Shown one piece after another: positions 1 through 13,077 of a DNA stretch of 64,000 nucleotides. The DNA lies in contig NC_068992.1 in assembly GCF_001194135.2 (NCBI RefSeq), forward strand, positions 27,491,128 to 27,555,127, given 5' to 3'. The translations under genes were made by a program, and so were the position numbers. The notes beneath the pieces were generated by a model. The model did not search any database. It saw nothing but the letters and a program-made list of their open reading frames with translations, and was not told the origin of the DNA. Each line of letters starts with the position of its first letter. Within the stretch, counting starts at the first letter, position 1. This stretch comes from Octopus bimaculoides. Taxonomy: Eukaryota.

Positions 1-210
1 CCATGAGGCTCAACATCGGGAGATCATTCTTCACCATTTAATCCCCTGTCTTCATGGATCTTCCTCTTCCACAAGTTCTGTCCACATTTGGCAATTAGCA
101 CTTTTTAATGCAGCTGCCCTCATGCATACGCAACATATGACCATACTATGTGCAGTCTTCTCTATTGCACACTACATTTAAAGCCTCGTATGTCCAATTT
201 TTCTTTCAAC
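1..210 (-). mobile_element. RTE-clade LINE, decayed 3' end of ORF
   Basis: Reverse translation resembles LREKLDIRG..SVQERRLRWYGHV..CGRGRPRKTW with stops and frameshifts; same region as the copy at 6410-6660. Confidence 0.75.
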
Positions 211-644
211 ACACACACACACACATACACAGAGAGAAAACCATGACATGTATAATCACTTTCAAAATTGAATTTCATTTGAAACTTTGAATTCTTTAAA
301 TAATGTAAAAGTCCACATGTGTAGTATTAAATGTGAAGTCTTGGGAGATAAACTCTCTAAAAGCTGCAACCCTTATACATTTTTCACCTCTTCTAGCTCG
401 AGAGTTGGTATCTATTATTTCTCACATTACATCAAAAAACTTAACTATGAAATGAAATCAAAGACCTAATCTATCTATAATATTATTCTGCGACTGTACA
501 ACTGTGTTGGTTAAGCCTGAGCAACTCTTATCATGCTGCATTACATCCTTATTTTCATATCAGAGAAAAGTCATATGGCTAGTTTTGAATCCACAGTTCC
601 AGTGAATGAAGTATAGCAGTTGACCCATGTATTAGTAATATAAG

Positions 645-1010
645 GGCAGGCATGGCTCTATAGTTAAAATGCTTGCTTTGTAATATGATTCTTGGTTAGG
701 TCCCACCAAATAACACCTTTAGCAACTCTTTTACTTTAGCCTTGAATTGATTAATACCTTGAGTGAAATTTGCTGGGCAGAAACAGCATGAAAGCCCATC
801 AAATATAAATGTGTGTATGCTTTCCTTTTACACCACATAAGACCAGTTATATTGCTGGTATACCATAGCATAGAGTTTGATACAAATAAAATACAAATTA
901 GTAAAATAAGTATAAAACGTAATTGTAGTTACTGGTGTCTATAAACTCAACTAAACCCTTGAAGGTGGTATCCCAATATGGCCACAATCTGAAACTTGTA
1001 ACAGACTAAA
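645..1010 (+). mobile_element. tRNA-derived SINE family B (tRNA head + CORE-like body + CR1-type tail), old copy
   Basis: Head ggcatggctctatagttaaaatgcttgc at ~650 and tail cccttgaaggtggtatcccaatatggccacaatctgaaac at ~957-995 match families seen elsewhere in the window. Confidence 0.6.
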
Positions 1011-1762
1011 GGAATCAGGATATATAAATACCAGACCTAATTTAATTTATCTATTTATATTATTATAATTATAGCAGTTATGTTATAATATTTACAAATA
1101 TACTTGATACAAATGAGTCTTTAGTTTCTCCATTACTTTATAGCTATAGAAATTCTGACTCAACAAAGAATATCATGTGACCCATGCAAAGATGATGGCA
1201 ACAACGATGATATCTTTATATATGTATGAATAAAGATGTGTATAAATACATATATCTATACTATAATGGAGAAAGCAGCTTATTAATTAGATATGTAACA
1301 GTTACTAAAAGTACTAAAAGAAAGCAATTATTAAAAGGGTTGACCATCTGGAAATATTTTTATAAATTCATGTTCTCAGAAATTTCCTATAATTTCAATT
1401 TCTCAAGTTTATTGAATTTTTTAACTTCAATTTCTCACAAATTTAAATATTCATTGCACTCTCTGCATCCAATTCTTCACAAATTTAAATATTCGGTTTC
1501 AATGTTTTCATTTCAAGTTTTAATTCGCTATTTGAAAAACCGACAATTTATTCTATTAATGTAAAAACATTATTTATTGAATGAAATTTTTTTTAAATAC
1601 CTGTATAATTTTTGTGACAAAAAATTTGAAAGTGATTTTGTTGTTACAGATGCTTGGAACGCCATAAGCCTTACAATTATAACTATCCGGACTGATTTTG
1701 GTCATTGTCTTTTTTAACTTAAAAACCATGGGAGGAACCCTCTCTCTCACACACACACATAC

Positions 1763-1874
1763 ACTGCAAAGCTTGCAGATGGGCTGCTGAACTGAACTCT
1801 CTATGTTGCTTTGAGGGGAAGGTGAAATTTGAGAAGCTGCTTCTCCCTCTGTTGTTGAACTACAGTGATGTTTG
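1763..1874 (-). CDS. Candidate exon, product unknown
   Basis: Acceptor ctcttttttaag, donor gtatgt; one fully open frame KHHCSSTTEGEAASQISPSPQSNIESSVQQPICKLCS; more GC-rich than flanks. No homology recognised. Confidence 0.25.
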
Positions 1875-2172
1875 CTTAAAAAAGAGATATTATGACTGTG
1901 ATAAAATAATGAAGGCAATATTTACAAAGCAAGTGAACACTATAATACAAGGAAATAATTAGATGTAAAATATCATAATAATTATTAGAATTGGGAATCA
2001 AAAGTGAAAATATTATTGAGGGGCTAGCAGAAAACTGCCTGGAGGGCAGTCTTTCTGCTAGTGTATACAATACAGCTAGCTGTCACTTGCAAGCAAGTAT
2101 GGCTTGGAAATATACATGAAATTAAGTACCTTACTCAAAGACACAATCTGTTGTCTGACTGGTCCTCTACTT

Positions 2173-2388
2173 GATTTCAAATTTTGGCACAAGGCCAGCA
2201 ATTTTAGGGGAAAGAGTAAGTCAATTATGTCGACCTCAGTGTTCAACTGGTACTTATTTCATCAACCCCAAAAGGATGAAAGACAAAGTCAACTTCAGTG
2301 GAATTTGAACTGAAAACATGAAGATGGATGAAATGCCGCTAAGCGTTTTGACCAGTCTGCTAATGATTCTGCCAGCTCCCCACCTTCC
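2173..2388 (-). mobile_element. tRNA-derived SINE family A (MetaSINE-like core)
   Basis: ggcacaaggcc...actggtactta...aaaggatgaaagacaaagtcaac...ggaatttgaactg...ctgccagctc; about 10 similar copies in the window. Confidence 0.85.
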
Positions 2389-2455
2389 TTAGTCCTCTAA
2401 CTAAACCCATGACTTTATGGCAATGAACTGAAACTCTAAACACTAGGCCACACAT

Positions 2456-2488
<33 letters not shown>

Positions 2489-2914
2489 AAATAATGGATG
2501 CATCAATCTATTTTCCTCACGAAAAACAGTTTTAATTTACATTCTTAATTTCATAGTTCACTCCACTTACAAAAAATTAGTTTTGTTCCATGACATAAAT
2601 AGTTTGAATAAAAGCAGACTATATCAACCATTGCAAATACCGCTCGAAAACCTCAATGCAGAATTATATATTGCAAACTGAGTAATTAATATGCAATGGA
2701 AATATTTCATTTCTAACACTTTTATGAATGTTAACTTTTTCTAGTAATTTAAGAGTCCTTTTTCTCAGTTCCTTACACTTAACTATGTTTGAATTGTCCA
2801 ATTTTTCATTAATCATCTTTTTAAAATTTCATTTGAGCTTTTACTATATCACAAAGTTAGTGGATTGACAGAATTCACTGCCTTTGTCATAACTATATAT
2901 TTAATTATGACCTT

Positions 2915-3013
2915 TTACATTTTCTGATCAAATCTCACCACTGTCTTTTTGACTTTCCTCCATCCAAGGTTGATTAATTAAGTACCAATCAAGTTTTGGG
3001 GTTTACTATAATC
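2915..3013 (+). mobile_element. SINE family A, highly diverged fragment
   Basis: gactttcctccatccaaggttgattaattaagtacc aligns to the family A core; the only plus-oriented copy found. Confidence 0.45.
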
Positions 3014-3084
3014 TTCTGATCTCCTGCTCCCAAAATCTGAGTTCTAACAGCTTTGTTACAAAAAAAGGAAAAAGAAAACATATC

Positions 3085-3200
3085 TTTCATTTGTTTCAGT
3101 CAATGCTGGAACATTGCTTTGAATGATTTTTAATTGAACTAATTGACCTCAGAACTTATTTTTAAGTCTGATACTTATTCTATCAGGTCACTTGCCAAAT
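3085..3200 (-). mobile_element. SINE family B, 3' fragment
   Basis: ttgtttcagtcaatgctggaacattgctttgaatg...gacctcagaacttatttttaagtctgatactta matches copies at 21580 and 40135. Confidence 0.6.
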
Positions 3201-4724
3201 ATCTAAATTATCTTTGTATAAGATAGTTTTACAACACTAGTACAAATTAAAGGAACATTAATAACTTTCAAATATTTACCATTACATTTTCTCAATGCAT
3301 GCCATTTTATTCAAAATCTGCATACATTTTATTTACAATTTTTTTCTATTTCATAGATTCATCCAAAGATTGAAAATGAGAAATTTAACTTAATTTGTGA
3401 AAATTCAACTTACAACAAATTAATATGCACCCACATGTGGACTATACATATCTCAAAGGAATAGGCTGGATTGTATATATACCTCAAAGGGATAGCCATG
3501 TTACATGCTAGGTTATTTTCCTATTGCATGGGATTGAAACTAACATGAAATCCATTTACTTTAAAAATTATGTAGTCATATATATAAACACACATACATC
3601 ATACATTGAGAGAAAGTGTGTGCATGTGTGTGTGAGTGTGTGTGTTTGTGTGCATGAGTGTGCACATGCAATGTCTACAAGTAAATGCACAAGAACATGA
3701 ATGAATAATGCATTTCCCCATGTCTAGTTCAACAAAATGCATTCACTCCCATCAGACAAACCTCAACTGGTCATCAAAGAGACATTATATCACTCAGTCC
3801 TTAGTATGACCTTATTGCTTTGACAATGTTATCCAGAGGGAAATACAGTAATAGATATTGTTAACTCAAGCACACATAATAAGTGCAAAGACTACAATTA
3901 AGATACAAATATATGAAATAAAAGGAAGCCAACAGATTGATATTTCATCCACATAGTCTCATGTGTAATTCATCTGCATGTAGAGGAGTTGTATTATGAT
4001 CAAATAGAAAAAATTATTTTTATGCTAAATTAAGCATATAATTTGTAACAACTGATGCATATTAAACAATTTTGGGTTTCCATTGTGCATTATATTTTAA
4101 GAATTCTGAATAATATATTAGAAGAGTGGAGTACAAGATGAATTGGTTTAGTATCACAAATGTGGTAAATTGAAGATTACACAATGTGTGAAACCTTCAT
4201 ATTGTGGTATAATCTTTTGATAAATCAACAATCTTCCATATGTGCTGCAGTGTTTCAAATATCACTGAATAAATTCTTTAAAAAAAGGAAAGGAAAGCTA
4301 ACTTTATTCTCACAAAATAAAGGCTCCATCATAAAACACATAACAATACTGGAAAACAACACATAAAATTTCAGCATCAAATAAATATTTAATAGAAAAC
4401 CCAATCTGAAAAAATTCAATATTATATTTACTAGTGAAATATTGCTGTCATAACCAGTATAATTCGGAAGGCTGTTGTTGATCTATGTGTAATCTATAAG
4501 ATAAAATATGTACATATGCATTTATGCAAGGTGTGTTTGTGTGTCGAAACGCCGGTGTTAAAACGTGGGTAGCTGATGAAATAGAATGTTCTCTATGTGG
4601 CTTGTGTGTTTTCTCGTCTACGTTTGTTTGCAATGTCCTGTACCCAGATATGCACCTATACATACAGGTGGATGTCGGTATGCACATACCTGTACATATA
4701 TATGCATATACTCATTTACTATTT

Positions 4725-4756
<32 letters not shown>

Positions 4757-5336
4757 NNNNNNNNNNNNNNNNNNNNNNNNNNNNNNNNNNNNNNNNNNNN
4801 NNNNNNNNNNNNNNNNNNNNNNNNNNNNNNNNNNNNNNNNNNNNNNNNNNNNNNNNNNNNNNNNNNNNNNNNNNNNNNNNNNNNNNNNNNNNNNNNNNNN
4901 NNNNNNNNNNNNNNNNNNNNNNNNNNNNNNNNNNNNNNNNNNNNNNNNNNNNNNNNNNNNNNNNNNNNNNNNNNNNNNNNNNNNNNNNNNNNNNNNNNNN
5001 NNNNNNNNNNNNNNNNNNNNNNNNNNNNNNNNNNNNNNNNNNNNNNNNNNNNNNNNNNNNNNNNNNNNNNNNNNNNNNNNNNNNNNNNNNNNNNNNNNNN
5101 NNNNNNNNNNNNNNNNNNNNNNNNNNNNNNNNNNNNNNNNNNNNNNNNNNNNNNNNNNNNNNNNNNNNNNNNNNNNNNNNNNNNNNNNNNNNNNNNNNNN
5201 NNNNNNNNNNNNNNNNNNNNNNNNNNNNNNNNNNNNNNNNNNNNNNNNNNNNNNNNNNNNNNNNNNNNNNNNNNNNNNNNNNNNNNNNNNNNNNNNNNNN
5301 NNNNNNNNNNNNNNNNNNNNNNNNNNNNNNNNNNNN
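4757..5336. other. Assembly gap (N) following a (TA)n run
   Basis: N run. Other gaps at ~5858-5867, ~19042-19052, 30378-30690, 50309-50468, 54759-55543, 58184-58283, 59375-59384. Confidence 0.99.
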
Positions 5337-5725
5337 TTTTTAATACTTCTTTTATTTTTAAAAATTAAGATAAACAAAGTCTTTTTTAAAATCTAAAATA
5401 TACTCTCCTTAATTTTCTACAATGCTCTTCCATCTATATGGCAGACTTGCAAGGCCCCTCTTCCCATATTCACTTGTCTGTGATGAAAAATACTCCTCCA
5501 GTACTGTTCTGACCTCATCTACAGAATTCATATTTTTTCTGTCCAAATGATTTTGAAAACTGTGGAATAAATAATAATCAGATGAGGCAATGTCTACTCT
5601 AGCCTTTGGAAGGTCATCCTCACTGTATATGGCCAAGTGTTATTCTGGAAGAACATCTTTCATCTTGAAACCAAAGATGGTCGTTTTTCTTCTAGCACTG
5701 ACATAAGCCGCTCAAAGCTGCTCAC
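5337..5725 (-). mobile_element. Mariner transposase 3' fragment
   Basis: ORF 5409-5636 DIASSDYYLFHSFQNHLDRKNMNSVDEVRTVLEEYFSS..RGLASLPYRWKSIVEN is a mariner C-terminus; upstream frame EKRPSLVSR..FQNNTWPYTVRMTFQRLE matches the DNARPH region. Confidence 0.9.
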
Positions 5726-5729
5726 AATA

Positions 5730-6300
5730 GATCTCCCTTGTTATCATTTGGTTTCAGTTTAGCTCAGCTACTGGGAAAGGCTGAAACAGCTAAGACTCTA
5801 CTCCCTGGAGAGAAGGCGGGAGAGGTATGCAGTAATATACATCTGGAAGATCCTGGANNNNNNNNNNCGGGAGAGGTATGCAGTAATATACATCTGGAAG
5901 ATCCTGGAAGGAATTGTGCCAAATTTTGGCATTGAAAGCTACACTAATGCCAGAACGGGACGACAGTGCATAGTGCTAAAGATCCCAGCAACACCATTGT
6001 GCTTCAGGACCAGTTACTGCAACAGCCTGGGTTTCAGGGGCCCACAGCTTTTTAATATTCTCCCAAAGAGCCTGAGGAACCTGCACAAAGTAGATGTAGG
6101 CGTTTTTAAATCAAAGCTGGACCTCTTCCTGTCGAGAGTCTCAGATGAACCTACCTCATGGCAAGAGGTGCAAATGAGGGTAGCTACATCAAACTCCATT
6201 CTTCACCAAGTGCCACATATTGGAGGAGGCTCTCAGTAATAACAGTGTAGCAAAACGGTGGTGCATCAGCATGGCCACAGCTCTGAGTTGAAACTACAGA
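5730..6300 (+). mobile_element. CR1-like LINE 3' end with tail
   Basis: ORF 5916-6239 NSLGFRGPQLFNILPKSLRNL..FKSKLDLFLSRVSDEP; LRLYSLERRRERY-like motif upstream; same family as 36550-37940. Confidence 0.85.
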
Positions 6301-6363
6301 AAAAAAATTATATAAATAAATAAATATATATATAAATATATATAAATAAATATAAATATATAA

Positions 6364-6397
<34 letters not shown>

Positions 6398-6409
6398 GTG
6401 TGTGTGTGT

Positions 6410-7478
6410 TTTAAGAGAAAAATTGGATGTAAGAGGCTTCAGTTGTAGTGTGCAAGAGCAATGTGAAGCATATGAAGAGAACAGCTGCATAAAAAAGAGC
6501 CAATCTCCAATTGTGGTGGGAACCTGGAAGAGGTAGAGCCAGGAAGACACGGAATGAATTTGGTAAGAAATGATCTTCAGATGTTGAGCCTTACAGAGAA
6601 TATGACAAGGGACCAAGGCAATTGGCAATTTGCTGTACTTGAGAAGACCCATCAAGACAAGTAAAATTATGGTCTTACAGGCGTGATCTTTATAGTTATG
6701 CCCTACCCCAACACACACCGCTCAATCTGTTCCCTGTCAAAACTCTTCCACAACCCGTCTTACCAACACCTCCCTTCCTGCAACCAAGATCAATTCCCAC
6801 TGCATGCCCCTCCACACTCTCTCGTGCACTTATCTGCATGCATACTCTCCATCCCCTTACATATCTATCATAGCCCTTCCCCCATCCACAGCAATTTCTC
6901 TCACCATCACTTTCTACGGTCACCTCTTCCCCATCTTTAAAAATCTCCCCTCACACTCTTATGAAACATCCCCTTCTATCCTCTCAATATCACATATTCA
7001 CTCCTACTATACCTTGTAAGTCCCTCCTGATACATCTCCACCACCATCTATTTCTCTCACTGTCTGTCTATTTTTCTCTCAAACTACCTCTCTTTCCTCC
7101 CCTTTCTTTACTTAATGAGGTAGCTAGGTATCTCCTCTATAGTAAGACATCTATTTCTATCTCTCTGTTATACTTTAACCTCTCATCTGGCACAAAGTCA
7201 CTTCCCTCATGACTGCTCCTTCTCCCAGGGGTCTTTGTCAGGCAAGTTACTTGGTGACACTACTAGTGCTGGTGCCATGTAAAAAGCACAGTGTTGGCAT
7301 CACATAAAAAGCACCCAGTGCACCCTGTATAGTAGTTGGCATTATGAAGGGCATCAAACCATAGAAACCATGCCGAAACGGACAATGGAGTATGGCTCAG
7401 TTCTCTGGCTTACTAGCTCCTGTCAAACTGTCCAATGCATGCCAGCATAGAAAACAGATGTTAATTGATGATGATGAT
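6410..7478 (+). mobile_element. RTE LINE 3' end: ORF terminus, pyrimidine-rich 3' UTR and (GAT)n tail
   Basis: LREKLDVRGFSCSVQE..GRGRARKTRNE at 6410-6560; C/T-rich UTR 6700-7200; tail gaagggcatc..catagaaacc..catgccagcat..gatgatgatgat. Confidence 0.8.
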
Positions 7479-7619
7479 ATACAAAGACACACACATGCAC
7501 ATATACACAACTTACATAAATGTGCATGCCAACGCCCCACCCCACCCACATCTATATTGAGAGAGAGAGAGAAATATCTGTGTGTGTGTGTGTGTGTGTG
7601 TGTGTTTATTATAATCACT

Positions 7620-9230
7620 TTCATGTTTGCTTTTTCATGCTCGCATGGGTTGGACAGATCTTCAACACAACATCTTGCTGTTTGTTGCATCCCTTTGTTA
7701 TCTATGATTCACCACTTCTTCCCATGTACACCTTGGTCTTTCTCTTCCACAGTTTCCATCCAGTTGGATCCTTTGGCATGTCTTTACTCATCTGCTCTCA
7801 TCCATATACATTACATACCCGTACCAATACAGCCATCTCTCTTACACACTCTTATATCCATTTTTTGTCTTCTCTCAGCTCATAAGTACCACATTGCTCA
7901 TGCACAATGATATTACATATTCAGCATAGCATGCTTGTTTCAATTCTCCCCAAACTCCACATATTCTCTAGATTCTGTGTCCACGTCTAATAATCATGCA
8001 GTATTGTACTTTCAACACAAGCCCTTTGCTTGAAGAGAGAAACCCCTTGTTGCTAGCATATGTAATAGCTCCCTGAACTTATTCTATCTTGTTCTTATTC
8101 TGTCTACTTCGCTTTCAGTGCAGTCACCTACACAACTGATTAGGTCTCTTAGGTAACAGAAGCTGCCAAATACTTCTACGGAACATTTTAAGTACTGAAA
8201 TGAACTTATTTTACTAAAACTCTCACTGCTACATCCTGCTCTACATCTGCCACTTACAAAGTCTTTATTCATTGTCAGCCAGTGCAGCTTCTGTGCACCT
8301 ATAGTTTACATAAGGTACACCATATGAAATTCCTTTTCTGCACAGCCATTTTCCTGATAGCAACAGAGTCCTTCTTTCCTACTAATTTAAATTTCAGAAT
8401 TTACCAAGTTTACTCTGCAGCATCTTGATTCTAAGGCTTTGCTTAGACATTTGGAATTTCTTGTCTATGTCTTCAACAGACTCTGCAATAGGAACACAGC
8501 CATCAGTAAACCTGAGTTCCTACAGACAGCCTCAGTTGTGGCTTGGAGAACTAAAATGAATATGAGGAGACTGAGCCTTGGTCAACACTTATCTGCACAC
8601 TAAACTACTCACTGAAGCCAACTCTCACTTGCTGACTGCATCTCTGTGCATGGTTTGCACTGCTCTCATTTATTAACACCTAGCTTTCTTAAAGACCAAC
8701 GAACTACACATCATGGTATCCTATCAAAGGCCCTCTGCAGATCAACAAATGTTGAATAAAGAAATTTAGTTTCAGCTAAAGACTTTTCTTACAGAGAGAG
8801 CATCAGAAGTATATTCGACCTTGCACAAATCCAAATTACATCTCATGTTTCTTATTCTCTTCCTAATCAAAACTTGTTCCATTACTCTTGTAATTTTGTC
8901 CATCAATTTGATGATGCCTCTGTAGTTGCTTATTTCTAAAGCATCTTCTTTACCCCTTACAATCAACAGTTGGTTATTATACTGCTATGATACTGGGTAT
9001 GATACTTCCCTGCATTTATTACCTGGTTTACTATGTGAGCAACTAGCCTGAGCCCAACCCTACCAGATTTTTCAGTATCTCAGTGACTATATCTGATGGA
9101 CCTACTGTTTTCCCATCTTCACATCCATTTTGACCATACAGCTGCCCACTTCAGTAGCTGGTCCCTCTATTCAATATACTTGAAATAGTTTCTCTTCCTC
9201 CCACAACACATTTTCTGTATCCATAAGAGA
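7620..9230 (-). mobile_element. RTE LINE reverse-transcriptase remnant
   Basis: ORFs 8084-8272 (VEVFGSFCYLRDLISCVGDCTESEVDRIR) and 8772-8966 (RGKEDALEISNYRGIIKLMDKITRVME) match RTE RT motifs. Confidence 0.85.
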
Positions 9231-9299
9231 AACTAAATCTATTCAAGTAAACCCAAGAAAGGGATCACCAAATGAAATTGACATAAAATCAAAATGGTC

Positions 9300-10680
9300 A
9301 TTAATGGTATGAAGATGGGAAAAGTAGTCAGATTATCAGGGACAGTCACTGATGATACTGAAAATATCCAGCAAACTCCAGAAAATATCCAGCAAACTAG
9401 CCATTCATAGTCAATTGGGTAGTACAGAAATCTCAATCTCAATGACATATATTGACATCAACTGCTATAAGAACAAAGAAGATGCCCCAGAAAGTAGTAA
9501 CTACAGAAACAACAAATAGACCAAGTTACAAAAGTCACAGAAAAAGTTATATTACAACCAATTAGAAAGAAAATTAGCTTAGACAAGATGGAGTTTGATT
9601 TTGTGCCAAGTCAAGGTACCAGTGAATTCCCTCTCCCTAAAGAGATAACTGCAAGGAAAGTTCTTAGCTACAAGTAAGCCACTATATATAGCATTCTTTA
9701 ACATGGAAAAAGGACTCTGATAGGGCACTAAGCTTTGTAGTTTGGCCAACTCTATGAAAATGAGAGACAGAATGGCTTGTGAGAACCAGGCAAGCTATAT
9801 ACAGAAATGCTGTCAGCAAGATGAGCCTTAGTAATGAGTCCACTGAGAAATTTGGCATGCAGATAGATAGGTACCAGGCTTGTTTCTCCATCACTTCCTG
9901 TTTATTATAGTTCTCCAGGTCATAACAGAAGAATTTAACACCAGTTGTTCATTGGAACTTTTGTATACCAATGACCTAGTTCTTACAACAGAATTTGTTC
10001 AAGAATTTTAAAAATTCCAAATGTGAAAGCAAAGCCTAGAATCAAGAGGTCTCAGAAGTTAAATTAACAAAGACAAAAGATTCAGTTTGTAGGAGAAAAG
10101 ATACACAGAAGCAGTGGGGGCACAGACATGTAGCAGATATGCAGGTGTAGCTTACAGTTAGAACTTCCAAGGCTCCCTACAAATAGTTGATTGCTTCCAT
10201 TACCTAAGTGACCTAATTAGCAGGGCAGGAAGATACATTGGAAACACAGCAGCCAAAGTAATATCAGAATGGACAAAGTTCAGGAAGGTATAACTTCTGT
10301 TGGCATTAAGATTTTTGCTCTGAGAGAAGGACAGATTGTATGGTTTTTGTGTACAAAATACAAGTTAGATAATGATGAAACATTGGCAATGACAGCAGAA
10401 GTGCAAAGACAAAAAAAGAAATAAGATGAGCAGGCACTACTGAATGCAAAACAGTGTGCATACATGATGGAGCACAGTTGATAGAAAAATTAGGCATGAG
10501 AAAGATGGAGTGTGCAAATGACAAAAATATGTGGTAATAACAATATGGATAGCATGTGCAAGTTGACAGTTGGGTAAAGAAATACCAGGCAGCTCAAGTG
10601 AAAGGAACCTCTGAGACAAGACCAAGGAAGAAATGGGAGAAAGTGGTAAGGAATTTAGTAATTGAGAAAACATGCCCCAC
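9300..10680 (+). mobile_element. RTE LINE reverse-transcriptase remnant
   Basis: CYKNKEDAPESSNYR, IRKKISLDKMEFDFVPSQGT, ELLYTNDLVL (YADD-equivalent) and [14 protein letters not shown] in ORF 10556. Confidence 0.85.
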
Positions 10681-10753
10681 CAAAATATGTGCGCATATGT
10701 GTGTACATGTATATAAACACATATATGCAAATACATATGATGGTTGTACATTT

Positions 10754-10764
<11 letters not shown>

Positions 10765-10844
<80 letters not shown>

Positions 10845-10900
10845 TATATAGACACACACACACACACATATATATATACACACACACACATTTATAAATA
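10765..10900. repeat. Compound (CA)n/(TA)n microsatellite
   Basis: Directly visible. Many similar arrays, e.g. 17417-17462, 30800-30900, 31263-31360, 38458-38520, 52021-52058, 57257-57302, 59337-59430. Confidence 0.98.
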
Positions 10901-11379
10901 TATATATAATTCTATTCTATAATATAGTATATACCATGTCTGTTTCTTTTGCTTTGTTTCCTTTGTTTCTTTTAGCCAATACTATGTCTTATAATGAATG
11001 TAAGCAATTTATCTATACAGTACATGCGTGGTCAGAAACTAGGAAGCAGTTGTATGCACATTTCAATTTCCCTATGAAATCCTTTGTACCTATAATATTG
11101 CACCTCTGCTCACACTTTCCTAGTGGGTTTTACTTCAAATAGTTTTAAATAGAACATTAATGGCATCAAGATCATCAATCTCAAAGCATCAGCAAATGGA
11201 ATGAGCAATGCCTTTTCCTACAGGCCTTACAAGTAAAAGCAAATTTTTTTTTTAATTTACAATTAGCAACCACATAATGTGTATGTGTGTATCAATACAT
11301 GTGTGTGTTTGTAAGCTTGCCTTTTTTGTCTTTTTGACTTGTCTGAAGGAAAGAGAACTCCCCACAACCTTTGCAGGCC

Positions 11380-12590
11380 CTCCATAACTGGCAAGCTTGA
11401 TGCTATTAAAGTTTGGTTACAAATGTTTCAACACCCGCAGTAAAGACATGAACAAAGAGGAGATTCCCAATGGCCAATGTTCTGGCAAGAAAGACCTGGA
11501 CATAATGGGTAGTAGAAGGATTATGGAATTGGAAGTATCAAGAATGATGAGAGATGGAAAGACAAATAGATAAGGCATGCCTGTGTGTTGGAGGTATGAG
11601 ACCAGCCAGCTCAAAGATAGAGAGAGAGAACAGGGAGACAGCAGGCCTCTGGGCCAGAGGCTGTTAGCAGGCTTGAAGTGACTGAATTTTAATTAATCAA
11701 GTGACTTTCTTCTGGATGTGGTAAATGATGTTTGCGTGCATAGTAGCAGCTCTGTTGCAGATATGGGAGCAGTACTACATTTTGGGTCACACTTGAACTT
11801 TGTTGAATGTTAGTAGCTGTTGGGTGTTTATTTTCTGGCCCTAAAGAGAAGTACCAATTTTTTGGGAGGTGGTTCTAGCTATGATAGAGATTACTTTACT
11901 GAAAGTGAGGTCCAACATTTGGAGTGACTGTGAAAGATCTAGGTGAGTGCTGCTCATGTTTAATGGGGATGTAGTACAGTGGTGCTTTCTTGATGAATAC
12001 TGCATTAGCTTTTTTTGATTTTTGCTTTTTTGTGTTTTTTTTTTTTTTGCTGTTGAAAGAAATAAGGTTGACTTGGTCCTACTGGAGGGCATTCTCAGGG
12101 TTTCCAGTTGTGGAATCTATGCAAGCTTGGTGTGTGATTTTCAAGCTTTAAGTGGGTGATGCTGGTTGGGGGAATGAAGGGTTGTGTCATTTGCATAAGA
12201 GTGGACATTTGTTGTATGTAGTGGCAAGTAGGTCATTGATATATAGAAGGAAGAGACCAGAGGTTGAAACCAAACTTGAAAGAACACCAGAGTTGATTCA
12301 GCGTTGGATAGAAGAAACTGTCAACACATGCCATAATATGGTGTAATTATATAGGAAGTACTGATTCAATGATATGAGAAATGGGTAGGGGTTCATGGAT
12401 GGGAAGTTTTGATAGCAGATTTGCATGCCAAATACAGTCAAAGATTTTGCTTATGTGTAGGGCAACAACTTTGTTTTCATCAAACTTTTCTATCATGAGA
12501 ACTAACGGATGAGTGACATAAGAGAGTAGCTCTCCAGTGGACTTGGCTCTGTGGAAGCTGTAGTAGTGGTCACTGATGAGAGAAATTCAA
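11380..12590 (-). mobile_element. CR1/Zenon-like LINE RT remnant
   Basis: Reverse translation LISDHYYSFHRAKSTGELLSYVTH..KVVALHISKIFDCIWHANLLSKLP and NVHSYANDTTLH resemble the Zenon-type motif LLSDxQYGFRxxRSTGDLLAYVTH..VALDIxKAFDRVWH. Confidence 0.75.
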
Positions 12591-12863
12591 AGAGACCAAT
12601 TCAAGGTATTGAACCATGTCATAATTAATGTGTGTGTGTGTGTGTATTCACACTCATACTTATGTATACAGATACACACATATATATACACAGATATGCA
12701 TGCATACACAGACCTCACAGTGTAAGTTAAAACAAACCAAATATCCAAAGAACTCACACATGCAAACACACTATAGTCATTTTATGTGCTTCTCTGGATA
12801 GTTTGAAATAAAATGAAGTAGAAAAACTTAAACTGCTGAAGACAAGAATAATGGTAGAATATT

Positions 12864-13077
12864 GGTTTCAAATTTTGGCACAAGGCCAGAAATTTGTGGA
12901 GAGGGAGTAAGTTAATTACATCTATCCCTATATTTAACTGGTACCTATTTTATTGACTCTGAAAGGACGAAAGGAATTTGACCTCAATAGAATTTGAACT
13001 CAAAACATAAAGACAGGTGAAACACTGGTAAGCATTTTACCCAGTATGCTAACAACTCTGCCAGCTCACCACCTTAG
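12864..13077 (-). mobile_element. SINE family A
   Basis: Full family A sequence; tagaatatt on both sides (12855-12863, 13085-13093) as probable TSD. Confidence 0.9.

Noticed and set aside
4535-4585. cgaaac and ctgatga close together, suggesting a hammerhead
   Set aside because: Stems I and II could not be formed; possibly a Penelope-like remnant but unsupported.
4524-5396. Long ORFs of 200-410 aa here and at 30203-30915, 50243-50623, 54561-55799, 58028-58425
   Set aside because: They run through N gaps and (TA)n; the translation is X and YI repeats.
5817-5908. 41-bp perfect direct repeat flanking a 10-N gap
   Set aside because: Typical contig-overlap artefact inside the CR1 fragment.
10556-10922. 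ORFs rich in THTH, CVCV, YIYI or ERER throughout the window
   Set aside because: Stop-free translation of dinucleotide microsatellites.
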